DNA of 64,000 nt, taken from Bdellovibrionales bacterium (GTDB taxonomy: Bacteria > Bdellovibrionota > Bdellovibrionia > Bdellovibrionales > JAGQZY01). Below, in pieces: positions 47,894-58,271 of this stretch. The position numbers and the translations under genes were made by a program. The notes beneath the pieces were generated by a model. That model did no database searches, had not been told where the DNA came from, and saw only the letters and a list, made by a program, of their open reading frames with translations. Every line of letters starts with the position of its first letter. Position 1 is the stretch's first letter. Where the stretch lies: positions 5,617-69,616 of the forward strand of contig JAYUQP010000067.1 in NCBI GenBank assembly GCA_043757265.1, written 5' to 3'.

Positions 47894-48995
47894 AATTCGC
47901 AAAGAGCACACGGCACTGGCGGCCAAAGCCCCGACCAGAGGATTGCACATCGGTGACAATTTTCAAAACTTCAGACTGATTGGAAAGGTCTGTAATACTT
48001 TGCAGGATATGTTCGACATCGAGGACGATGGCACCAACCGATTTTCCCGCTCGATCTCGAACAACTTTCGTGACGATACCGACAAGCTCTCCGATCTCGT
48101 TAAAAACGCCGCCGCCCGCCATTGTTTTTTCAAACTCGCCCAGCAAAAAATATTGGATGTTTGTATCCAGATTCAGCACATATTTTCGTGAAATATTTTC
48201 TGACACCTTGTCGGACTGAACTTGCGAAAACACAAACGCCATCTTTGGAACACTTTCCGCAAGCGGCTTCGACACCCCCATTACAAGAACTCGCGTTCCT
48301 ACCGGGGTTGATTTGGTAAGTGGAAGTTTTTGCAGGCGCGCGGTTTTCAACGGCCCAAGCGCTGGTCGGCTGGCAATCGGCGTATCAATGGCCTCACGCA
48401 CAGTGTACTTCGCATCCAAGTTGGTTTCACCGACTGCGATGTCTACAGTGTTTCCGGTCATCAGGTAAAGCCCAAAATTCATAACCTGATCTCGCATGAT
48501 CAAAGATTCGTTCACCGTGTAAGGAGGATGAAACATTGATAGGCCATACCAGCCTTTTGAGGTCACGCTATTTTCGCCTCGCCAAGCAGGCAAAACGACG
48601 TGTGACTTCTCATCGACGATGGATCCAATGGGATTGCCGTGCGGCTGATCAAGTGAAATACGAGTCACATTTAACAACTCAAAATTATTGTACATAAGCA
48701 CGTGGCCCGCCGTTAAAATGATCGGCTGATTTTTTTTATTGAATCCTAAAATTACACCGCTTGCGGTTTGCTCTGTGGCCAACAGCTCCACCATATACGG
48801 GCGAACTCGATCAATGAGTTGCTGGTAGCCTTCGGCGACATAAAGCTTTGCCTCTTCAACTGGAATAATGTCGTTGAGGAAAAAGTAGCCAAGCTGCGGC
48901 CGAGAGTCAGCGCGTTCACCATCAGCGCCAGACCCAACTTCAGCAGCTTGAACTTGTGCGCACCCTAACAAGAGAACAATAAAATAGTTCCACAT
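47892..48995 (-). CDS. Secreted trypsin-like (S1) protease homolog, catalytic Ser apparently replaced
   Basis: Signal peptide; ILTAGHV, VDIAV, KTMAGGGVFNEIGELVGIV. Confidence 0.75.
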   Translation of the reverse strand: MWNYFIVLLLGCAQVQAAEVGSGADGERADSRPQLGYFFLNDIIPVEEAKLYVAEGYQQLIDRVRPYMVELLATEQTASGVILGFNKKNQPIILTAGHVLMYNNFELLNVTRISLDQPHGNPIGSIVDEKSHVVLPAWRGENSVTSKGWYGLSMFHPPYTVNESLIMRDQVMNFGLYLMTGNTVDIAVGETNLDAKYTVREAIDTPIASRPALGPLKTARLQKLPLTKSTPVGTRVLVMGVSKPLAESVPKMAFVFSQVQSDKVSENISRKYVLNLDTNIQYFLLGEFEKTMAGGGVFNEIGELVGIVTKVVRDRAGKSVGAIVLDVEHILQSITDLSNQSEVLKIVTDVQSSGRGFGRQCRVLFAN

Positions 48996-49160
48996 AAAAA
49001 GCCCTCCGAAATGTAACATTACGTCTCGGTAACACTGGTCTTAAAAAACTTCCAATTTTCTTTGTGGGGTGTATAAAATCTATCTTTCAGAATGGCGGCT
49101 CGCTGAGACGTGGTTTGCTGGGATTAACTGGCTAAAATTTGCTGCTTGTAGAACCAACAC

Positions 49161-50780
49161 CTAGATTTTGAGACCTGAACTGAAAGGAGATCCAAAGACC
49201 ACGCCTTCGTTCTCTTTTTCAAGCCACTTCATATCCCACTCGTTGTCGACGAGGATCACTGGCTGATCGTTCATGTCTCGATAAACTATGTTCACGCCTT
49301 TTATATCCGTGCAGGGCTTATCGTCCTTGCGTGGCCAGCGGGCCACGGTTTGGGTCATGCGCTGCATTTTGGTTTCAAGATTGTACTCGTCCTCAAGACG
49401 ATATTTAAGCACTTCAAACTGAAGCTCGCCGACCACGCCGATGAGCGGATCCTGCATGCCGACGATGGGATCAAAAAATAGCTGAATCGCCCCTTCTTCC
49501 GAAAGCTCTTTTAAGCCTTTTTGCAGCTTCTGCCGTTTTAAAGCATCAGTCACTGTCATTTTTGCAAACATCTCGGGTGAAAATTTAGGGATGTCTTCGA
49601 AAAACAACGATTTGGTGGTGCTTACTGAATCACCGATTTGAAAATTTCCGCTGTCGCTCACCCCAATGATGTCGCCCGCGTAGGCGGCGTCGATGGTCTC
49701 GCGATCCTGTGCGGTAAACTGATTGGAATGGGAAAGACGAAGTTCCCGATTCAACCTGTGATGCTGCACCTTCATTCCACGTTGGAACTCACCTGAGCAA
49801 ATTCGCATAAAGGCGATGCGATCGCGATGCTTGCGGTCCATGTTGGCCTGAATTTTAAAAATAAATCCCGAAAAGTAATCCTCGTATGGGTTTACCGTAC
49901 GCCCGTCTTTGGTTTGATGGGCTCCGGGAGGGGGCGCCCAGCGGGTAAAATAATCTAAAAATAAATCCACGCCGAAATTCATCTTGGCACTGCCAAAAAA
50001 TGCAGGCGAAATTTTACCTGCGTTAAACTCTTTGATATCAAATTCATCATTATCGGCATCGATCAACTGAATTTCTTCGAGCACGCTTTCGTAGATGTCT
50101 CGGTGGAGCCATTCTTTCCAGCGCGGGTCTTTAAAATTAGACATCGGCACCACCTCGTACTCGACGGTTTGTTTACCGCCGTCATCTTTGTTGGTGCTTT
50201 TTTTGTACAAGTAAACCTTTTTTGCAAGACGATCGTAGACGCCTTTAAAAAGTTCACCCACACCAAGGGGCCAGTTAACGGGATAGCACCTCATTTTAAG
50301 GGTGGTTTCGATCTCGTCGATGAGTTCCAGGGGAGCTTTCCCTTCGCGATCGCACTTATTAATAAATGTAAAAATTGGAATTTTTCGATAGTTACAAACT
50401 TCGTAAAGTTTTTTTGTTCGATCTTCCACGCCTTTTGCAACATCGATCAACATCAGTGCGGTGTCAGCCGCCACGAGTGTTCTGTAGGTGTCTTCGGAGA
50501 AGTCTTTGTGGCCGGGAGTATCTAGTAAGTTAATTCGCAGGTTATTGTAATCAAAATTGATAACACTCGAGGTGATCGAAATGCCCCGCTCCTGCTCCAT
50601 GGTCATCCAGTCCGAAGTGGCGGCTTTTGTGCCTTTTTTACCTTTAACTTCACCAGTTTCGCGTATCACGCCGCCGTGATAGATCAGCTTTTCGGTGATC
50701 GTGGTTTTCCCGGCATCGGGATGTGAGATGATCGCGAATGTGCGTCGTTTTTTGATTTGTTCCTGTATTAACTGAGACAT
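49161..50780 (-). CDS. prfC: Peptide chain release factor 3
   Basis: RRTFAIISHPDAGKTT, DTPGHKDFSEDTYR, FKIQANMD..HRDRIAF. Confidence 0.97.
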   Translation of the reverse strand: MSQLIQEQIKKRRTFAIISHPDAGKTTITEKLIYHGGVIRETGEVKGKKGTKAATSDWMTMEQERGISITSSVINFDYNNLRINLLDTPGHKDFSEDTYRTLVAADTALMLIDVAKGVEDRTKKLYEVCNYRKIPIFTFINKCDREGKAPLELIDEIETTLKMRCYPVNWPLGVGELFKGVYDRLAKKVYLYKKSTNKDDGGKQTVEYEVVPMSNFKDPRWKEWLHRDIYESVLEEIQLIDADNDEFDIKEFNAGKISPAFFGSAKMNFGVDLFLDYFTRWAPPPGAHQTKDGRTVNPYEDYFSGFIFKIQANMDRKHRDRIAFMRICSGEFQRGMKVQHHRLNRELRLSHSNQFTAQDRETIDAAYAGDIIGVSDSGNFQIGDSVSTTKSLFFEDIPKFSPEMFAKMTVTDALKRQKLQKGLKELSEEGAIQLFFDPIVGMQDPLIGVVGELQFEVLKYRLEDEYNLETKMQRMTQTVARWPRKDDKPCTDIKGVNIVYRDMNDQPVILVDNEWDMKWLEKENEGVVFGSPFSSGLKI

Positions 50781-50849
50781 AAGTGCACGAAGCTAGCAGC
50801 TCACGCCCCTCTAGACAATCTTTCAAAAAAGTATTAAAAGTTTGAGTCA

Positions 50850-51779
50850 ATGCAGCAATTCACTATCAAAACTTTTTACGCATTCAGCCCGCTTTCCGAA
50901 TCATCGCTTGCTAACATGAGCCAGATGCTTGCGCAAAAAGCCGCCGAAACCAATATCATTGGTCTGATGATACTGGGCAAAGAAGGTTTCAACACCACTC
51001 TAGCGAGTACGAACGAATCCGCTCTTGATGAATTTATTCTCGAAATCAAAACGGTGATCGGCATTGTGGAAACGTCCCTGATCAAAAAAAGTTCAAGCGA
51101 CAAGCGCCCGTTTCGCAGATTTGACGTCAAAGTTCGCGATGAGATCGTGACCTTTGAACGCGCGGAGTTTGTTCCAAAGGGCGAACACCGTCATTTATCG
51201 CCCGCAGATTGGAACACGTACCTTGACCGCGACGATGTGGTGGTGATCGATACGCGAAATTATTACGAGACTGAGATTGGAAAATTTAAAAACGCTTTAG
51301 ACTTTGAAATTGAAGAATTCGTTGAGTTTTCTGATAAAATAAAAACGCTCGACACTGATCGCGAAAAGCCACATTTGATTTACTGCACCGGCGGCATCCG
51401 CTGCGAAAAAGCGATTTACGAAATGGAAGCCCAGGGGTTTAAAAATGTGTTTCAGCTTGAGGGTGGAATTCTTAATTATCTTGAGCAGTATCCGGATAAA
51501 AACTTCGATGGCGAGTGTTTTGTATTTGATTCGCGCGTGGCCGTGGATCAAAAACTTCAGCCGTCACAACAGTATTCGCTGTGCCCGCACTGCGGGGATA
51601 TTTCGAGCGAAGCTCAAGATTGCCTGAAATGCGACCATCATTTCTTACTTTGCAAAAAGTGTTTGGAAAAATCAGCGGAAGACACAACCCTTAAAACCTG
51701 CTCCAAAAACTGCCGTCATCATTATAAATTGCGCCCCGACCGCAAAGGTCCACATCAGAAACAATTTTACACCGATTAG
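50850..51779 (+). CDS. trhO: Rhodanese-domain tRNA U34 hydroxylase TrhO (UPF0176)
   Basis: DTRNYYE..IGKF, YCTGGIRCEKA, QLEGGILNYLE, CFVFDSR. Confidence 0.9.
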   Translation: MQQFTIKTFYAFSPLSESSLANMSQMLAQKAAETNIIGLMILGKEGFNTTLASTNESALDEFILEIKTVIGIVETSLIKKSSSDKRPFRRFDVKVRDEIVTFERAEFVPKGEHRHLSPADWNTYLDRDDVVVIDTRNYYETEIGKFKNALDFEIEEFVEFSDKIKTLDTDREKPHLIYCTGGIRCEKAIYEMEAQGFKNVFQLEGGILNYLEQYPDKNFDGECFVFDSRVAVDQKLQPSQQYSLCPHCGDISSEAQDCLKCDHHFLLCKKCLEKSAEDTTLKTCSKNCRHHYKLRPDRKGPHQKQFYTD

Positions 51780-51804
51780 TTGCAATTCTAACGAAAATTG
51801 CGAA

Positions 51805-52221
51805 TCAAACGAAGGCTAATAGAACTATCAGTGACCACATCAAAAGAAGACACAACCAGCCCGCAACGTAGGCCAACATACGAAGGCGCACATTGTTTGA
51901 TCCCAAGTGCACATAGCTATGCACCATTCTCGTCAAGATAAAGCCCCAAGCCAAAAGGCTGAGGTACGACGAGCTGTAAAGCGGCATGGTTTGCGCGGCT
52001 ACAAGGGTGATCAGAAACAGTACCGGCAGTTGAAACTGATTATCAAAGTGGCGGCCGAAAATGATTACTTTTTCTGGAACCGGATGTTTTGATGCATCGT
52101 AAGTGCGAAAGTGGCCAACGCTAAGTTCCTTATTTTTAATCGCGCGAAAACGCACAATAAAATTACAGATACCCATCGCAAAAATATAAAAAATCATTAC
52201 GGCAATTTGATTGAGAAACAT
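51805..52221 (-). CDS. MAPEG family membrane protein
   Basis: NQFQLPVLF, R.VHSYVH..N.V..R. Confidence 0.88.
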   Translation of the reverse strand: MFLNQIAVMIFYIFAMGICNFIVRFRAIKNKELSVGHFRTYDASKHPVPEKVIIFGRHFDNQFQLPVLFLITLVAAQTMPLYSSSYLSLLAWGFILTRMVHSYVHLGSNNVRLRMLAYVAGWLCLLLMWSLIVLLAFV

Positions 52222-52323
52222 TTATAATCTCCTTGAGGTAAAAAATCCTTCCAAGTAAAGTCTATTTTAAAAAGTCATGCAATCTTCTTTTGCTCTGGGC
52301 GACCAGCTCAGTTATGGTGCACC

Positions 52324-53787
52324 ATGATTTCCACTTCTCCGATAAAAGATACCACCGCCGTTTTAGTTTCCATTCAACTTCCTAATGTTTCAGACCATGA
52401 GGTTGAGGGCTCGCTTGCCGAGCTTGGCCGTTTGGTAAGCACCATGGGAGCGCGAGTGATCGGCCAGATGGTGCAGCGCCGATCCACCGAGCGCGGGCTC
52501 ACTGTTCTTGGCGATGGTAAGCTGAAAGAGCTTGCCCGCTGGACAGGTGGTTCGGGTACCGTGGGACCAGGCTTCGTGAAGAAAAAGCATAAAGCTGCAC
52601 TGAAGTTTGAAGGCGAAGATTCCAATGACAACGACGACAACAGTATTGACGAAGAGCTTGGCGAAACGGACGATTCTGCTACGGAATCAGCGGACAGCGA
52701 TGCCGTTGAGGGCGCCTCAGCTACAAAAGCTCCAACAGAACTTGCCAAGGTTGTCATTTTTGATTGCGATCTTTCCCCCTCACAACTTCGTAATGTCGAA
52801 AGCGCTGTAGGCGTAAAAGTCTACGACCGCACGGGTGTGATTATCGAAATTTTTAGTCGCCACGCCCGCACCAAGGCGGCGAAGCTGCAGGTAGAGATCG
52901 CCCGTTTGGCTTATCTCGCTCCCCGCATTCGCGAAACTGGCGCCAAAGACGATCGCCAGGAAGGCGGCGGCGGAAAAGGTTCTGGAGAAACTAGCATCGA
53001 ACTCGACAAGCGAAACATTCGCGATCGCATCAAAGAACTTAAAGAAGAACTTGCAGCAATCGCTGATGAGCAAAACGTTCGCCGCGCCCGCCGTGGCCAA
53101 GAAATCTCTGTGGCGCTCGTCGGCTATACAAACGCCGGTAAGTCTTCTCTCATGCGCGCCCTTACCGGGAGCGATGTGATTGTGGCCGACAAACTTTTTG
53201 CCACACTTGACACCACAGTGCGCTCACTCCATCCCGAAACGGTGCCCAAAATTTTAATTTCCGACACCGTAGGGTTCATAAAAAAACTTCCGCACGATCT
53301 TGTAGCCTCGTTCAAGTCCACGCTCGACGAAGCGCTGAGTGCCTCGTTGTTGCTGTACGTTGTAGATTCTTCAGATCCTACATTTCGCTCGCAATTAGAA
53401 GTTACGAAAACTGTTTTAGGCGAAGTGGGCGCCAGCGAAATTCCCAGTTTATTAGTGCTCAACAAAGTGGATCGCCTACTTCCAGATACATTGGAAAAAT
53501 TGAAGCAGGAATACCCCGATGCGTATTTTTTATCGGCAACCAACCCAAAGGACGTGGCCCAACTGCGCATCCGTTTGATAGAAACCTTCGAAACCGAAAT
53601 GGTAGAGGAGTCGCTATTTGTCCCGTATCAAGCCCAAGGAGCCATCGGCGAAATCCGCGGACGAATGAGGGTTCTTGCAGAGTCGTTTGACGAAAATGGC
53701 ACCACGCTCAAAGTGCGCGCTTATGCCGAGGTGCTCGAGCGCTACAAAACCCGCTTCCAAAAACGCTCCCAAAACGAGGACTCTTAG
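52324..53787 (+). CDS. hflX: GTPase HflX
   Basis: DRTGVIIEIFSRHART, VGYTNAGKSS, LFATLDTT, DTVGFI, NKVD. Confidence 0.96.
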   Translation: MISTSPIKDTTAVLVSIQLPNVSDHEVEGSLAELGRLVSTMGARVIGQMVQRRSTERGLTVLGDGKLKELARWTGGSGTVGPGFVKKKHKAALKFEGEDSNDNDDNSIDEELGETDDSATESADSDAVEGASATKAPTELAKVVIFDCDLSPSQLRNVESAVGVKVYDRTGVIIEIFSRHARTKAAKLQVEIARLAYLAPRIRETGAKDDRQEGGGGKGSGETSIELDKRNIRDRIKELKEELAAIADEQNVRRARRGQEISVALVGYTNAGKSSLMRALTGSDVIVADKLFATLDTTVRSLHPETVPKILISDTVGFIKKLPHDLVASFKSTLDEALSASLLLYVVDSSDPTFRSQLEVTKTVLGEVGASEIPSLLVLNKVDRLLPDTLEKLKQEYPDAYFLSATNPKDVAQLRIRLIETFETEMVEESLFVPYQAQGAIGEIRGRMRVLAESFDENGTTLKVRAYAEVLERYKTRFQKRSQNEDS

Positions 53788-53891
53788 CAATTAGTTAAGG
53801 TAAACGCGCGCTTCACCAAATCACCTTAAGTAGAAGCAATAACTGCCACTTTAGAACGCAAAATATTTCCAATAAAACAGTAAGACGTCGG

Positions 53892-53920
53892 TTGACCTGT
53901 AGACACTAAGGCCCTATAAC
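53892..53920 (+). promoter_or_regulatory. Sigma70-type promoter of tRNA-fMet
   Basis: TTGACC-17 bp-TATAAC, 24 bp upstream of the tRNA. Confidence 0.7.
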
Positions 53921-53944
53921 CAGGGGACATTAATCACTCGTTGT

Positions 53945-54021
<77 letters not shown>

Positions 54022-54064
54022 ATTTATACGAGTCCTTTAGTAAATCCAATACTTTAGCAGAAAA

Positions 54065-54099
54065 CGTCGTAGGTTATACGTCGTAGGCGTCGTAGGTTC
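54065..54099 (+). repeat. Three CGTCGTAGG direct repeats, candidate integrase arm-type sites
   Basis: Copies at 54065, 54079 and 54088, between the tRNA 3' end and the integrase. Confidence 0.75.
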
Positions 54100-54150
54100 G
54101 GCCAGGGTTTGTCCTTCATTTGGTTTAATTTTTAACCGATAGGACAAGCA

Positions 54151-55287
54151 ATGAGATTATTAAAGCGAGAATTAAAATACTCCGGTTCAAATTCAGGAAG
54201 TTATTACGTTCGGGCACGCAAATCTGGGTGGTCTCTCTACCATCAAACTTTCAAGAATAATAAGAAGACAGACACTTTAGTTAATCCACTGGCTTTCATC
54301 GAATTAGGGTTCATTTTTACGTGGAATCTAGAGGAAGCTAGGAAACGTTCTTCGATACTTAATAAAGAGAAAACACTTCACCAAGCAAAGGCGCGAAACG
54401 CAGCTTCAGTTTTGGACAGGATTGTAACCGTCGACAGTTTATTATTCCCCGAGGAAACCATTAGGCTGTTTCTCGAACGTACCGAACGGGAAAATGAAGG
54501 AACCGAATACCATCTTAAAAAGGTGTTTAGTCACTTCCTAAAAGTTCAGCGTCTCTGTAAAGATCTAGAAATGCTTCCCCATCAATACAAAGAAAACGAA
54601 AAACTTATATATAAGTGGTTCGCTTCTCAAAAAGTTTCATTAGATTACACGCAGAAGCTTATAGCTCTACTGAACAAATGGGGTACCTTTGTATCTCGTA
54701 AAGATGGAAGGTTCTTCGAACCGATTGCGCCTGTTCGTGGTTTGTCTAGACAACGAATCAGGGAATCTCATGAGGATAAGAAAGGTGTGCGCACCGAATC
54801 TGAAGTAATCTCCCCTGATATGTTAGAATTAAAAAAGACAAAATTGTCCCAAGAAAATTACAACTTTTTGTATATCACCGTGTGGTTTGGCTTAAGACCG
54901 TTCGAATTAAAGAGTATTAAAAACATAGATGTAAGAAGAAATACAGAGGGGCTAGAGTTCCTGGTAGTTTATCAGTCCAAACTGGTGACTTTGGAGAAGT
55001 CCAAGCGTTACAAGGCAATTCCAATACTACTCAAAGAGCAAAAGAAGGGGCTAGAAATAATCACTTCTGGTAAATTGAAAGCGCCTATATATAAAAAGAT
55101 GAGAGAAGTTTTTGGTGAAGGATACGGACTTTACGCAGGACGTAAGGGATTCGCCGATTTAATGCTGAATAAAGGTTATGCAATCGAAGATATAAGCCTG
55201 TGGCTTGGGCACTCAAGTATCGAAACAACGTGGTCGCACTACAAGAATAAGAATGTATTGAGCCTACCTTCTCCTAAGAAAAAATAA
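54151..55287 (+). CDS. Tyrosine recombinase / integrase
   Basis: WFGLRPFEL (Arg I), YAGRKG (Arg II), WLGHSSIETTWSHY (His, Tyr). Confidence 0.9.
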   Translation: MRLLKRELKYSGSNSGSYYVRARKSGWSLYHQTFKNNKKTDTLVNPLAFIELGFIFTWNLEEARKRSSILNKEKTLHQAKARNAASVLDRIVTVDSLLFPEETIRLFLERTERENEGTEYHLKKVFSHFLKVQRLCKDLEMLPHQYKENEKLIYKWFASQKVSLDYTQKLIALLNKWGTFVSRKDGRFFEPIAPVRGLSRQRIRESHEDKKGVRTESEVISPDMLELKKTKLSQENYNFLYITVWFGLRPFELKSIKNIDVRRNTEGLEFLVVYQSKLVTLEKSKRYKAIPILLKEQKKGLEIITSGKLKAPIYKKMREVFGEGYGLYAGRKGFADLMLNKGYAIEDISLWLGHSSIETTWSHYKNKNVLSLPSPKKK

Positions 55288-55373
55288 CTTCAATATCCAA
55301 AAATTCAAACTACAGGGAGCCGCCCACTCCCCTATTCCATCATTTATAAACTAAATGTTATTAAGGCAAAGTA

Positions 55374-57554
55374 ATGTCAGAATCAATTAAAGTCAGTATA
55401 CAGGTAGATGGCGAAGCCGCTCGAGTTCTAAGCGATTTTACTAAAAAGTCGGAGCTAGCTGACAGGTCCCTCAAAAAGATGGGGGACACAGGTAAGTCTA
55501 CGTTCAATGATATCTCTGTAGGTATTGGCAAATCCGTTGGTGTGTTTGATATATTTGCTGGTAATTTATCGGCGAATCTTGTTGTAGGTGCCTTCAATCT
55601 TATGAAGGACGCCGCTGGTGCTTTATTCCAAACACTCCTAGTTGACGGTGTAAAAGCTGCCGCTGAAGAAGAAGCTGCATTAAACTCACTCAACGTTGCC
55701 TTAGCATTATCCGGTCAATACAGCGAAGAATCGAGTAGAAAACTGCAGGCGTTTGCTGAAGGCATACAGGCAACCACCACCGTTTCAGACGACGCAGTTC
55801 TAGCAAACCTTTCATTACTATCAAGCTTAACCCGTTTAGATACCGACGGCTTACAGAGAGCTCAAACCGCAGCAATAAACTTATCCGCAGCGTTGGGTAA
55901 AGATTTAGGAACGGCAACGGAGATAGTTGCTAAAGCTTCCAATGGAACGTTTACCGCATTAAACAAACTTGGAATCAGTATAGAAAAAGGCAGAAATGAA
56001 GCGGAGACGTTCGAAAACGTAATGTCCTCTCTTGAAACGCGTTTTGGTGGAACAGCACAAGCCCAAGTTGGTACCTATACCGGTTCTCTAGGACAGTTAC
56101 AAAATACGTTTAGTGATCTTCAAGAAACAATCGGCAACACCATCGTACAAAACCCCGTGGTCATAGCTGTGTTTCAAGAACTGGCACGCATATTCACTAT
56201 AACAAAAGGTGAAATCAACGGCAATCTGCTAGCCTTAAAAGAATTAGTCGGTAAGGGAATCATCATCGCAATTGACGCGGCTATTATCGCAACTGCTACA
56301 TTTGACACCCTTGCACGCTCGGTACAGTTTTTACATGGCATAACCGTTGGAATTAGAACGCCGTTAATTGGGATAGCTGCAGCTTATACTCTTTTTACTG
56401 AAGGCGCTAAAGCCGCCGGAGAACAACTTAAGAAAACTTATGGGGACGCACTTGAAAATGTTCAAGCTTTCGGTGCTAAAGGCGATGGTGCTCTAAGGGC
56501 GATCACAGATAACTTAGCTAATTTAAAGGGCGCAGCTGAAGCTAGTTTTGGTAAAATCGGAGAGAATGCCGTAAGTTCCGCATCTAAACTCAAAGGAACT
56601 GTTTTTGCTACAAACGAGTTAACTGAAGCAGAGAAAAAAAGAGCGGAAGAACTTGGTAAATTCGCATTGAAGCTAGCTGAAACAGCATCGGACGAAACTG
56701 CACAGAACGACGCAAAACTTTCGAACTTACGCGCTTATCTCGATCAAAGTTATATTCTCGAATCAGAAGCGGATTCCCTCAAATTTGAGGAGAAGTTAGC
56801 TCTAGAACAAAACTACTACATACAAAAGAATGAAGCCATCGACGCACATTTGTTAGCGGAACAAACTAAAGTAGACGAAGCACTAGCACTAAAACAAATA
56901 TCTCAAGAGCAACACGATCTTGCAATTCTACAATTAAAGAAGAACGCAGATGCACGACTTACCGCTTCAGCCACCGAGTTTGCAACTAAAGAAAAAGCAA
57001 TTATTGAAAAGAAAAAGAAATACGAAGAATTGACGCAAAAAGAGAAGGTTGCGAATCTTCAGAGTACGTTTAATCAGATTGCAACTCTTTCCAATTCTAG
57101 TAATAAAACTTTAGCTGCTATTGGAAAAACAGCGGCTATCGCCAACGCGACGATTGATGGCTATGCAGCTGTACAAAAAGCACTAGCCTCAGCCCCTCCC
57201 CCATTTAACTTTGCACTGGCTGGTTTAGTTGGCGTTGCCACTGCTGCTAATGTTTCTAAAATTGCTGGCGTTAACTTCGAACAAGGCGGTATCGTTCCTG
57301 GTTCTTCTTTTACCGGCGATAGGGTTTCTGCAAATGTTAACTCTGGCGAAATGATTCTAAACAGACAGCAGCAATCCACGCTATTCAATGTGGCAAACGG
57401 CGCTGGGTCTGGTGGTTCTGGTATTATTAACAGCCTGGTAGAAGAAGTCCGCGCCCTTAAAGGGTTAATGAACCAACCGCTAATTGTAAACATTGAAGGA
57501 CGAGAAATATTCAACGTAACTCGTAACCAACTGGCTTCCGGTCGGAGTTTTTAA
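55374..57554 (+). CDS. Phage tail tape measure protein
   Basis: 726 aa, Ala-rich and helical; LSAALGKDL..A, ALNKLGI, KTAAIANATIDGYAAVQKALASAPPP, FEQGGIVPG..GDRV.ANVNSGEMILN. Confidence 0.88.
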   Translation: MSESIKVSIQVDGEAARVLSDFTKKSELADRSLKKMGDTGKSTFNDISVGIGKSVGVFDIFAGNLSANLVVGAFNLMKDAAGALFQTLLVDGVKAAAEEEAALNSLNVALALSGQYSEESSRKLQAFAEGIQATTTVSDDAVLANLSLLSSLTRLDTDGLQRAQTAAINLSAALGKDLGTATEIVAKASNGTFTALNKLGISIEKGRNEAETFENVMSSLETRFGGTAQAQVGTYTGSLGQLQNTFSDLQETIGNTIVQNPVVIAVFQELARIFTITKGEINGNLLALKELVGKGIIIAIDAAIIATATFDTLARSVQFLHGITVGIRTPLIGIAAAYTLFTEGAKAAGEQLKKTYGDALENVQAFGAKGDGALRAITDNLANLKGAAEASFGKIGENAVSSASKLKGTVFATNELTEAEKKRAEELGKFALKLAETASDETAQNDAKLSNLRAYLDQSYILESEADSLKFEEKLALEQNYYIQKNEAIDAHLLAEQTKVDEALALKQISQEQHDLAILQLKKNADARLTASATEFATKEKAIIEKKKKYEELTQKEKVANLQSTFNQIATLSNSSNKTLAAIGKTAAIANATIDGYAAVQKALASAPPPFNFALAGLVGVATAANVSKIAGVNFEQGGIVPGSSFTGDRVSANVNSGEMILNRQQQSTLFNVANGAGSGGSGIINSLVEEVRALKGLMNQPLIVNIEGREIFNVTRNQLASGRSF

Positions 57555-57671
57555 TACTTTTATTTTAATTGTGCAGACCATTATGTAAGATATCTTTGCG
57601 CTGTACATTATTTAAACTTCTTTGAGAAACTTACCTTTCGTTCTACATTCTCCTCTGAAAAAGGGGTGTGT

Positions 57672-57899
57672 ATGTCGGTTGTCTCAATAGGGTTACTTCG
57701 AACGATACTTGGTTGGCTGTACAATGTTCTTTCAATGCCGGGAAGGGTTGCTGAACTTTCGAAGGTAACTAGGAATCAGGAAAACCGTGTGAAATTTTGT
57801 CCAAACTGCGATACGCGAATGAAGGTTACTACAGCATTTCCTCAGCAGTGGAACTACAAATGCAATCCGTGCGATAAAAGATTTATATATAACTACTAG
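57672..57899 (+). CDS. Small zinc-ribbon protein; start uncertain
   Basis: CPNC...CNPC; converges exactly on the next gene. Confidence 0.55.
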   Translation: MSVVSIGLLRTILGWLYNVLSMPGRVAELSKVTRNQENRVKFCPNCDTRMKVTTAFPQQWNYKCNPCDKRFIYNY

Positions 57900-57900
57900 A

Positions 57901-58104
57901 TTACTTCTGTTTTGCTAACCAATCCTCTAGGGCTTCTGCAACTGCGGACTTAATCTTCATTTCTCGGCGTGCAACTACCTTTAAGAATTGTGCCAATGTG
58001 TCGTCTTCGACTTCGAAGGTGTGTTTAGTGGTTTTGACTGCCCGTTTTACAATGTAGCCCATCTTCTCAAGTTCTTTAATTTGCTTCTGTGTCTTTTGGT
58101 TCAT
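57901..58104 (-). CDS. Small ribbon-helix-helix-like DNA-binding protein, candidate repressor
   Basis: KHTFEV strand followed by two helices (DTLAQFLKVVARRE, IKSAVAEALEDWL). Only minus-strand gene of the element, divergent from the next operon. Confidence 0.65.
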   Translation of the reverse strand: MNQKTQKQIKELEKMGYIVKRAVKTTKHTFEVEDDTLAQFLKVVARREMKIKSAVAEALEDWLAKQK

Positions 58105-58271
58105 GGTTGGATAATACAGTATTAAGTACACTAATAAACCCCACTAGTGTGATTTTTGGACCAATCTAAGACGTTTTGCTCTTTTTTTTGATTATTTTAC
58201 TGTTTTGGCTTTAGTCCCACACTTTTGACCCGATAAGAGTTATGTAACATTAACTAACAAGGAGATAAAAT

